From NCBI RefSeq assembly GCF_009914755.1, contig NC_060948.1: DNA of 64,000 nucleotides, one strand, 5' to 3'. Below are positions 1-10,302 of the stretch, piece by piece; within the stretch, counting starts at the first letter, position 1, and each line of letters begins with the position of its first letter. Source of the DNA: the human T2T-CHM13v2.0 reference genome, Homo sapiens. A program made the translations under genes and the position numbers. The notes below the pieces were generated by a model that searched no databases, was not told the origin of the DNA, and saw nothing but the letters and a program-made list of their open reading frames with translations.

Positions 1-1190
1 TTGGCTACAGCAAAAATGTAATGAGTGCAGCAATAATTGCATGGGTGCGCGCACCGCTTCAACATACTGATCTGTGTACTGGCGGGCGTGCCCGGGTATT
101 CTGATTTGCTGGATCATATAGTGGGTGGTTCTACTTGTAGATTTCTGAAGGCTGTTTATACTTAAATAAGAGCCATAAAGCTTCTTTAATGCCAGCACTA
201 ATTTACATTCTCCCCAAAAGTGAGCAGGGAATTCGTTTTCTCTGCCTCCTCACCAGAGATTAGGGTTTTCTTTTCTTTCTTTTTTTTTTTTTGTTTGTTT
301 GTCTTTCGGATAATATGCATTCTGACTGAAGTGAGAAGAAATCTCATTGTGTTTTTGATTTGCATTTTCGTGATGGATTGGGGATAATGAGGAATTTTTA
401 GTGTGTCTTCTGGGCAACTGTATGTCTCAGTTTCACAAGTGAGTCTTCGCAGCCTTCGCCCATTTGTTTTCATGCTATTGAGTTGTTGGGAGTTCCTTAT
501 GTACTGTGACTATTCCCCCATGAACAGATGTATGGTGATCCAATCATTGCTCCCATCCTGTAGGATGCCCCTTCTGTATGTTGAGTTTTCTATGGTGTGG
601 TGAAGCACTTTAGTTTGATATGATTCCATTCTCTATTTTTGATGGTGTTTACTGTGTTCTTGCAGTCACTTTGAGACCATCATTGCACACACGGACGCCA
701 TGGAGCTTCTTCCTTGTGATCTCTTCTGCTATTTTTATCGTTTCACATCTGACACTGGAGTTTGGTGATAAATAATCCACTTGTAAAATCCTTTGTGTGG
801 CTATTCAGATTTCCCCAACCTAGTTTATAGAAGATACTTGATTTTGCATTGGGCGTTCTTGCTTCTTTGGGAAAAGGCTGTGAGCTGCAAATGCAGTGAC
901 TTAGTTCTGGGCTCCTGTTGTTTTTCCTAAGCTCTAGTCTCTGCTTTTCTGCCAGTGCTATTGTATTTTGGTACAAAAAGTTTTGTAGTAGTATATCATG
1001 AAGTTAGGTAGTGTGGTGGCTCCAGCTTTGTGCTTTTTACTGGATTGCTCTGGGTTTTCAGGATCTTCTGCCATTTCATAGCAAATTTGGGATTCCCAGA
1101 TTGTTTTTCTAAGAAGAATGTGTCATTGATATTTTTACAGGGGTTGTATAGAATCTGAGGATGACTCAGGTAGTAGTGATGTCAATGCCG
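1..1190 (-). mobile_element. Old LINE-1 fragment (ORF2 3' end), truncated by the window start
   Basis: Minus-strand ORFs KMQIKNTMRFLLTSVRMHIIRK and YQNT...KSSIFYKLGWGNL resemble the L1 ORF2 motifs EMQIKTTMRYHLTPVRMAIIKK and WYQNR...KDSLFNKWCWENW. Confidence 0.85.
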
Positions 1191-1234
1191 TTTAGACAAT
1201 GTGCGTGTTTGTGTGCACAAGCTCAGGGCCAAGA

Positions 1235-2650
1235 GACACTGGGTGTCCTCACCAATACTGAGGTGGGCCTTAATATCCAGCCAGATTGCCTTCTGGAAAC
1301 ACACGGAATGTCCTGTTCTGTTTTGCCATCTCTTCACATTTCCTCCCCTGTGAGCCCTGTGTGGTCCTCCAGATTCCCTGTGCGGTGGCCTGCCTTTTTT
1401 GGGGTGGGGAGTTGCTGGGTGAATGAGGATGGCGGAGGGAACCAAGTATGTCAGTGGAGCGTGGTGTCATCCAAACGGTACTTAGCAGGCCTGGGAGAGT
1501 CATTCTGGGAGGACGCAGACCTAGAGAGGCCTCAGGTGGGCATCTGTGTGGAGGGTGAGAGATCCCTGGTTGAGCCCAAACTGAACCCCAGGTAGAAGCA
1601 AGCCTCAGGACAGGGAAGTAGCTAGCAAGGGATGATGAGGGAGCTATCTCTTGACCCTGGCTTCCCACCCATTGACCTTAGCTACTTGTGCCTATTAAGC
1701 AGATTACGGTTCCCCCATCGTGAAATGTGGGTACCACAGTTCCCTGATGGGCATTTCTCCACCAGCCCATGATGGCCTGAGTTTCCTTACTGCAGTCTCC
1801 TCCCTGAGCCTTGGCTTCTCTATGTGTGTCCTAACTCCAGGACCCACAGGCCTGTCAACCCCCAGCCCTGGGCTGCTTCCCTGGCCTCTTCTCTGTTCCC
1901 TCTCTGAGGGCCTAACTCCCTTGGGTAGTGCTGCAGAATATAGAGCCACAGGCCCTGGCTGATGATCTGGTGGACTGGGCAAATTGGTCGTGACAGGTCA
2001 GGTTCTGGTTCAAAGCCAATTCCTCCGATGCCAAGGAATGTCGAAGAAGGTCCTTTGCCATGATGCCCCATAGCTGCCCCACCTCAGCAATCGTGCCGTA
2101 ACCTGGGCCCTCACAGTCAGACAACCAGCTGAAGAAGCTCAGGCAGTGACCTGCGGGAAACTCGGGCTTTCACCTGCATGACCCTAGAACCACTGGACTG
2201 CAGTGGAGCCAGTCGCCCTGTATCCTGGAGGGAGACGAGTCAGGAAGGCGCACGCCAGGCCCAGCTCCCGAGGTACTACCCCCTCTACTCCTCAGGGAGG
2301 ATGCCAACGCAATACTCCTTAGTCATCACTTTGTTTCCGAAGTAAATGTTGTGATGAAAGGCAAACTTCTTCCTACCCCTTGTATTCAGGGTGGCCGAGT
2401 TCCTCCACCTGCCTGTCCAAGAAGGAGAAACAGGGCTGTGAAGGGGCAATTTCATCTAGGTGGGCTGAGGTGGCATTCTAGCCGGGGTGAAGCATGCGTT
2501 TCCCCTTCCCAGCTTTCCCGCTGAGACACACCTGAGCCCCAGAAGGACCTCAACCTGACCAGGACCTTAGCACCCTCCCCCAGACCCAGGCTTTCCATCC
2601 TGACCTGCAAATCCAACATGCAGCTTTGAAGGACTTTCTCATGGTTTCTG
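1235..2650. repeat. Diverged intra-unit direct duplication, paralogous to ~9595-11095
   Basis: Collinear matches include aggtgggccttaat (1261 vs 9622), gtgtggtcctccagattcc (~1358 vs ~9775), ttcaaagccaattcc (2009 vs 10436) and cagacccaggct...cctgacctgcaaatcca (2581 vs 11024). Confidence 0.9.
1880..2650 (-). pseudogene. Second inverted TSPY-family pseudogene fragment (relic B: 3' part of exon 2 and exons 3-5)
   Basis: e2 end ~2650-2605 (EKVLQSCMLDLQ|gtcagg); e3 2408-~2296 (VEELGHP/..FHHNIYFGNKVMTKEYCVGIL); e4 2224-2083 (YRATGSTAVQWF*.../LSFFSWLSDCEGPGYGTIAE|gtgggg); e5 from 1966 (IISQGLWLYILQHYPRE). Stops and frameshifts are present. Confidence 0.85.
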
Positions 2651-4698
2651 AGCTCCTTGCTCTCACCAGAAAGAATCAGAACTTTTAAAGTGTTCTTTAT
2701 GCCAACTTAAATTTTTCATTTTTACTACCTCATCTTTTGGATGAGGCATGTATTTTTAAATTTATTTTCACCCTTATTGTACCTCTATGATAAACTGCTT
2801 GCTTACATTCATACCGTAATTATCTCTCAGGTTACTTGTCTGTTCCTAAAGATTCACTGAAACGAAGAATTCTATATATGCTTGTATCTTTCAGCAACCG
2901 TATGTCAGATAGCACTGCACATTACTGCAGACGTCGCATATACAGGTCCAAAGGTAGAGGAAGAAGAAGAAAGCAAGCGTTAAGCTCTATACATTCCTAA
3001 AAGCATATCAGAAACTCACAAATAACAGTGAAATCAAAGAATGATCACAGCCAATTCCATTACATACCTAGACTGAAATACGAAACTTCAAAGAAAAGAA
3101 ACATTAGAACTTTGGGTTTGTAAAAATTTTCCTATATAGATAAAATTATTGGTAACTGTGTCTCACTAGAAAACGTAAACAAAAGTCCATGTTTTTCATA
3201 TTTGTAAATATACATAGTTTTATTTCCATCAGTTATGACATGCAAGCAAGTAATAAAGTGAAAGTACAATCAAATGATATATGGAACTTCCTCAGTCTTA
3301 AAATATTCCATGGAGACTATCAATTTTATGAAAACTATAAAGAATGCTTCATGAAACTACATTGTACAGTGCCATTTACTATTTTACTGACATTTTAAAT
3401 AATCAACAATTAAAGGGAATACATCAACATTATTTAATACCAATAACGTTATTTTTCTTGAGTAATCCTGTTGAAATTAAGGATTTTAAATAAAACATTA
3501 AAAACAAATTATATTGACTGATTTCAGCTTTGGATGAAATCATACTTGTGTATTTGTAGTAATGCGAAGCATAACTTTCTCCTCACAATTAATCTTTTAT
3601 AACATCGGTGTTATAGTTTTCTCTGACACCAACATTGTGATATCGCACAGGTTTACTGCATGCATGCATTACATGCCTCCAGAGAGTAGGCTTCAAATAT
3701 ATGGAAAAATTATATTTATGAAAAAATTCTAGGAAAGGGAATGGTGAAATGGAAGAGAATTTCTCACTTGCTAACTGTTGGACATGGATTTGTATATATT
3801 TGGATATAGACACATACTGGCACACTGTGAGTTTGCCCATGTATATATACACTTATATGAGAAACCCATAATATATGGGTTGTGTAATCTTTTAATTAAT
3901 CCATAATTGTATGTGTGTGAAATTAGATAAGCGGTTACCTTTTCTTTACTCAATTTGATGGAAAGCCAAAAAACTCTGTCCACCTTCATTTCAATTAATC
4001 CAATACTGTTAACTGCTGGTAGCTTCATTCTCCTTGTTCTCTTACGGCAACCGGAAAGTTAATTCTCGCTCTAATTTGGCTTTCAAGGTGCGATCAACAA
4101 GAGTGTCACCTTGCTGTGGATTGTGACCTCTGACTCCACCTCTGTCTTCCTTTTGCAGTCCTACCTTTGCATAGGTAACAAACTTTGTACATGGTTAAAA
4201 GGATAAAAGTTCAGTGAAATGTCAAGCCATGCTGTGAAATGTTCCATAGTTTCTATATCTCTAATTGTCCTTTGATGTTATAGAGGCAAGAAAAATAATT
4301 CAATCTTTTTCTTAGTATCTAGTCCAATGCACTCTTTCTTCATAATACTGCAAACAAGGCACTGACATGGAAACGTGGCTGGACGTCTCAAAATCTCTTC
4401 TCATTAATTACCATTATGTTAATCACTGTTGCCCACAACTGGAATTGGACTTTGAAATCCCCTGGTGGAAATTGCTATAATGGCTCAAACTACTGATAAG
4501 ACTATCTTTTTTTACCTGAAAATATCTGATGAGCATAGACGTATGCTATATACAGGAAGATATTGTACATTAACAACATACCATCACTGCCACTCAATAA
4601 TAGGTATCCCAAACCTTTGAGCCAAACTGAGCTCGGGTGCTCCCACAAACCAAGCTTTTCCCTCCACAGATTTCTTATGTCAAAAAGCCACAACTCCA

Positions 4699-4990
4699 GG
4701 CCAGGCTTCGTGGCTCTTGTTGTAATTTCTACATTTTGGGAGGCCGAGGTTGGTGGGTCACTTGAGGTCAGGAGTTGGAGACCAGCATGGGCAACATGGC
4801 AAAAAGCTGTCTCTACCAAAAATACAAAAATTAGCCAGACCTAGTGGCACTTTCCTGTGGTCCCAGCTACTTGGGAGGCTGAGGTAGGAGAACCACCTGA
4901 ACATGGGTGGCAGAGATTGTATAGTAAGCCAAGATCAGACTACTGCACTCCAGCCTGGATGACACAGCGAGACCATGAAAAAAAAAATAA
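4699..4990 (+). mobile_element. Alu, diverged and full-length (also ~24961 and ~45229)
   Basis: ggccaggc...tttgggaggccgagg...cacttgaggtcaggagtt...aaaaatacaaaaattagcc...actgcactccagcctgg...A tail. Confidence 0.92.
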
Positions 4991-5036
4991 AGGCAACTCC
5001 ACTCGTCCACTGGCTTAGGTAAAAAATACTGGAGTT

Positions 5037-5345
5037 GGCTGGGCTCGGTGGCTCACACCTGTATTCCCAGCACTTTGGATTTTGGGAAGCTGAGTCGGGC
5101 GGGTCACCTGAGATCTGTAGTAGGAGAGCAGCCTGGCCAACATGGTGAAGCCTGGCTTCTACTAAAAATACAAAACATTAGCTGAGCGTGGTGATGCATG
5201 CTTGTAATCCCAGCTACTGCAGAGGCTGAACCTGGGAGGCGGAGGATGTGTTGAGCTGAGATCCTGCCACTGCGCTCCAGCCTGGTCTACAGAGCGAGAG
5301 TACCCTGTGAGAAACAAAGGTGAAGAGAACAAGAAAAAAAAATGA
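5037..5345 (+). mobile_element. Second Alu in tandem, same orientation (also ~25299 and ~45577)
   Basis: ggctgggctcggtggctcacacctgta.tcccagcacttt...cagcctggccaacatggtgaa...ctactaaaaatacaaaa...A-rich tail. Confidence 0.92.
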
Positions 5346-5448
5346 GAAAAATAAGACCCACTGCAAAAGGTTGCCACAGAAAAGATTAAACATTTCAGCA
5401 ACTTCTATCTTCTATCATGGAAGCCAAGGTTATTTGGACCAAACCTCC

Positions 5449-5801
5449 TGTCTTAGTTCATTTTCACGCTGCTGAAGAAGAGATACCTGAAACTGGGAAT
5501 AAAAGGAGGTTTAATTGGACTGACAGTTCCACATGGCTGTGGAGGCCTCAGAATCATGGTATACGAATAAAGGCACTTCTTACATGGCAATGCCAAGAGA
5601 GAATGAGGAAGAACCTGAGGCAGAAACCCCTGAAAAACCCATCAGATCCCGTGAGACTTCTTCACTGTCACAAGAATAGCATGAGAAAGACCGACCCCCA
5701 TGATTCAATTACCTCCCCCTGGGTCCCACCCGCAACACGAGGGAATTCTGGGAGATACAATTGAAGCTGAGATTTGAATGGAGACACACCAAACCATGTC
5801 A
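5449..5801 (+). mobile_element. Solo THE1-type MaLR LTR (also 25711-26063 and ~45990-46342)
   Basis: 353 bp long, starting tgtcttagttcattttcacgctgctg and ending ccaaaccatgtca, with internal ccccatgattcaattacctccc. Flanked by a near-perfect 5-bp TSD cctcc/cttcc. The strand label follows the recognisable tg...ca reading and is not certain. Confidence 0.88.
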
Positions 5802-6269
5802 CTTCCCAAACAATTAAAAATTCCCAATAGAAGAAGCATTAATTATATCAAAAAGTGGTGGACCAAGAAGGAACTATTAGCCTCATATCTCAAGAAAGAC
5901 TCCAGTCAAGGCCTAGGGACTACTCATGAAAAGAGTTTAATAGCCGACTCTCTCCCAGTGGATCTGGATTCCACCGGACTGTATCTTCACAGTAAGGGTG
6001 AAACAGAAGCAAACCCATTCCTATTTCCAAGCTCAAGGAACTTTGGTCAAAGTTCTCTTGGAGCTGAGCAGAACAAGGAGGCAAACAGAAAAGATTTGTG
6101 TCCCTGAGAAGTCATGGCCACAGGCTGGCTATCACACAGATTGTCAAGCCAGTTCCATATTGCATGGGTATTACAGAAAATCTCAAAACATAAATTTGTG
6201 TGTGGGTTGTCCCAGAGTAGCAGGATCTGGCAGAAGGAAATTTCCTTCTAACCCTCAAAGAATCCACAT

Positions 6270-7240
6270 AAATCTTGTTACATTTGGGATTTTACGATTT
6301 GCTTCAGGAATGAGAATGGCCTTAATTTTCATATCTTTTTCTACACTCAGTTTATGGCTTGTTGGCGTCAAAGTTCTGCTTGCTTCACACAATGAGTTTA
6401 GGATTTTCCCTTTTTTATTCTATAGAATTCTTCATATATATTGAAATGCTCTGCCTGGGGAAAAAAATCTGAGCCTAGCGTTTTATCTCTAGGAAGAATC
6501 CTTTATTTCCTTGAACATTTATGAGACTATACAGATTATATATGTCTTCTTGTATCAATTTTACTAAGCTATATACATAGCTTATGTTTATATATTATAT
6601 ATATAAATGTAAGATACAAATATAAAAATTATGTATAAATATGAAAATATATATAGAAAGCGATATATATGTCTATATATATAGACAGATTATAAATATC
6701 TGTCTATTTGATCTAAGTTTTCAAATTTGTAGGTTAAGGTGTTAATGATATTTCCTTATTAGCTTCTTAATCTATGCTGTATCTATGGTTGTGTACCTTT
6801 TAAATTCTTAGTTTTATCTATGTTTTCTCCCTTTTTTTCTAAACTTGACTGACGGTTGCATCATTTATTATATTTCTCCAACAAGCAAAGGTTAGCTTTG
6901 TATGTTTTACTAATTTTGTCTACATCATTATTCCCACACTTTAGTTTTTCAGAATTGATTCTGTTGTTTCTTTTCTAATTCTTTATTGAAATATCTAGTA
7001 CATTAATTTTCAAGTTATTAGAGAAATATTTGTCTGTAAACTCCTATTGTAATATCACTTTTCTTGCTACTCACAGATTTAATCTTTAATATTGGCGGTA
7101 TCATTGAGTTCTAAGTACATTTCAATTCCTAGTATGATAATCTATGAATTGCTGAGAAATAGTGTTTACAATTTTGTTGTTCTATTTCCACTTAAGTTTA
7201 TTTTTACTTCTGCTAACTCAATTGAAAATTCTTTACTAAT
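6270..7240 (-). mobile_element. Highly decayed L1-like fragment with an internal (TA)n-rich tract
   Basis: T-rich antisense L1 ORF2-like text (ggcgtcaaagttctgcttgcttcacacaatgagtttagg, compared with L1 ggtatcagg.tgatgctggcctcatagaatgagttagg). Confidence 0.55.
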
Positions 7241-7249
7241 TTTTAAAAT

Positions 7250-7365
7250 CCTTGAACCCAAGAGATGGAGGTTGCAGTGAGCTGAGATCAGGCCACTGCA
7301 TTCCAGACTGAGTGACAGAGTGGAACGAGATTTCAAAACAAAACAAAACAAAACAAAACAAAACA
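7250..7365 (+). mobile_element. Alu right-arm fragment with (CAAAA)n tail
   Basis: cttgaacccaagagatggaggttgcagtgagctgagatc...ccactgcattccag...(caaaa)n; present in every unit. Confidence 0.88.
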
Positions 7366-8924
7366 GTCACTGGAAAGATAATAAAATACATAAATGTGGG
7401 ATGTAATATGTAATCGTGATAAAATAAACTGGATTTTTTGTATAAGTTATACATATAAATGTAATGCCAAGACACTGATAAGACAACTCATGGTCTTATC
7501 TCAATACTTAGTGTCTTCATGTAACATATGTCCTTTAGGATAGTTATAGTCCGTTTTCTTTCCAGGAGAGACAGATGAGAATGCAGAAATGTTAAAGTGC
7601 AAGGGACGGAAGCTTCCAGCTGTGCCCACCTGTAACCTGACGTAGACAGTTCCACCGTTTGCTTCATTAATCATGCCAAAGGCTCTAATGCAAATGTGGT
7701 ACAGAGTCACATGTTTTTGTATCTACATGATAGAAACTATAACTTCATCCCTATATAGAAGGGTATATAGCATATGCCTCAGTGATAAATATAAGTGAAT
7801 CATTGATCAGTAGGAAACCATTTTAAAAGTCTTTCATAACAGAACAAAATCCCTGAAAACATTTTCTTCTCAATCTCTGAGTTTTCTTACACGGCTTATG
7901 AATCTCTAGCCATACTAAAGAGATAGTATGCTGCTCTTCCCACAAATTATTCATTGTATATAATTCCTGTAATCTAATAACAGTACCTTTACACCTCAGG
8001 GTTTAAAATGACTCCAACCTTTTTCTGTTTCTCCAATTAAAATAACTTTTTTAAGGTTTAATCTTCAGTAATTTTTTGTAGTAATATTTTTGAAGGTATT
8101 TGACCAGGATGATTTGCTTATATACCTACCTGACGTCTCCCTTTCTTCTGAATACATATTTTATTACCCACCTATTAGATCTAAGTTTAAGAAGTTGGAA
8201 TAGGGATTTAAATCTAAATTCTACATTTGAATTTACAGGAGTCAGCGAGTCCGGGAAGTGCCTTTATGCACAGACCAATATCTGGCAATGGCACTAGGAG
8301 ACAAATAAGCTTTACCAGTCTCAAAGCCCTGGCTACTACAGTGAATCCACCCTTCTCCTGGATCTTATCTACTTCAGCAAAAGAAGGCCACCCACTAAAC
8401 CAGGCCCTTGTACTTTGGGTGGAAACTCCTAAGTCCTCTAGTCTCCTCAAACAGACAGCCAGGCTGCCAATTTCCACAATAATAATTTCTATAGCACTGA
8501 GTCTTTGGTAGCCTTGTAACTATAGCTACTGATGCTACAGTCTGGTCCCTGTATGATAAAACACCAGAGCAACAGAAACAAAAATATTGACTGAAGCCTT
8601 CTAAAATCTCTCTAAATATACCTTCAATAAATATGGTTTTTTTTACAGAACGACTGCTTTCAGCTTCCTGAACTAACGCTTGGCCTTCGCTAGTTGTCAC
8701 TGTTGAAATTGATTCAAAAGTGTACATTTAACATGAAAGTCAACACAGAATTTCATGTGTCAGCAACTAAAATTTTCAAAATGTTGCAAAATACAAATGT
8801 GAAACTGTATTTGTGAAATTTACCATTCATTGAAATTATATTTTCATACCTACCCAGGCACAGAATTTTTTATAACTGTCTGCATGTTCTCCTCATGTGG
8901 GGGAAAAGCAGCATCAGCAGGCAG

Positions 8925-9023
8925 AGGAATCCTTTGAAGCTGGAGGGAGAGGTTGCAGTGATCTGAGAGTTTGCCACTTGACTGCAGCCTGGATGACACA
9001 GTGAGACTCCAACTGAAAAGAAA

Positions 9024-9062
<39 letters not shown>

Positions 9063-9127
9063 CCAAAATTGATAAGTAAAAAAAAAATCCATATTCGAAA
9101 ACATGCTCACAGGCTAACTCCCATATC

Positions 9128-9170
<43 letters not shown>
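8925..9170 (+). repeat. Alu right-arm fragment followed by two (CA)n microsatellites (~9028-9061 and 9131-9170)
   Basis: gaggttgcagtga...cagcctggatgacacagtgagactcc, then (CA)n tracts whose lengths differ in unit 3. Confidence 0.85.
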
Positions 9171-9172
<2 letters not shown>

Positions 9173-10302
9173 TCCTTGAAAACGAAAGTTCCACAAGGGC
9201 AAAACAAGAAAACAAATTTAACACCCCCCAAAGAAAGTACAAAGAGTAACCTCAAAAGAACCGCAGGGGAAAACAATTCAAAATTTACAAGTATCTACCC
9301 TAAAAGAAGCTGAAAGTCCCTCAAAAACTTTCCAGAGGCCATGTCCTTGTATTACAAAAATGATCATAAAAACTGGCAGGAGTAGACGAATAGAAATGCA
9401 TCTTAAAACTTGCTAAACCCTTCAAGTCTCCCATAAGAATTGTAATGGAAAATGGATCGGTCGGCAGCTTTTTCCATACAATTATGAACAAATTATATTT
9501 CTTCATACATAGATTTGTTTTTTCAATATTCTAAGGAATTAACTTTTATATTAATAGTAGGTGATGTAAGAAAGCAGGCCTTTATCAAGATAACTGACAC
9601 TGGATGTCCATACCATTACTCAGGTGGGCCTTAATTCCCAGCCGGGTTCCCTCCCTGGACACACACTGAAGGTCCCCAGCCATTTGGCAATCTCTTCACA
9701 TTCCCAGCCCTGGAGGTAGCCCTAAAATACATGTACCTGAAGAAAATAAAACATTGCCTCACACTGGAGCCCAGTGTGGTCCTCCAGATTCCGTGTGAGG
9801 TGGACTAACTTATATGGGAAGGCAGGGCAGCGGGAGTGAGGATGGCAGAGAGGATTACACATGTCAAGGCAGCCGGGGTCATGGAAACAAAACATGACTG
9901 GCCTGGGAGAAACACTGTGAAAGGACACAGACCTAGGTGGGCCTCAGGTGGACATCCTCATGGAGAAAAAGGGGGCCCTGGTTGATCTCAAAATGAGCCC
10001 CAGGTGGTAGCAGGTCTTACCGCAGGGCAGGGAGCTGGCGAGTAATGATGAGACAGCTATCCCTTAAGCCCTGCTTGTCACCCACTGACTTTAGCCACAT
10101 ATGCATCATAGTGGCTTAAGGTGCCCCGATCCTGAAATGTGGGTGTTACATGTCCCTGATGGGCCTCTCTCCCCCAACCCACGGATTGCCTGGGATTGCT
10201 CACTGCAGTCTCCTCCCGGATCCTTGGGTTCTCCATGTGGGGCCCAGATCCAGGTCAAAAGGCCTCTCAGTTCCCAGCCCTTCCCAGCCCTAGGCTGCTC
10301 GC

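Noticed and set aside
2040-2075. IMAKDLL in ORF 1912..2124 as a match to TSPY exon 5 ILCKDLW
   Set aside because: It lies in the relic's intron 4 with no acceptor. The true exon 5 homologue starts after cag at 1966 (IISQGLWL).
4994-5037. 8-bp inverted repeat caactcca/tggagttg between the two Alus
   Set aside because: It is too short to distinguish from chance, and the left arm is probably the target-site duplication of the first Alu.
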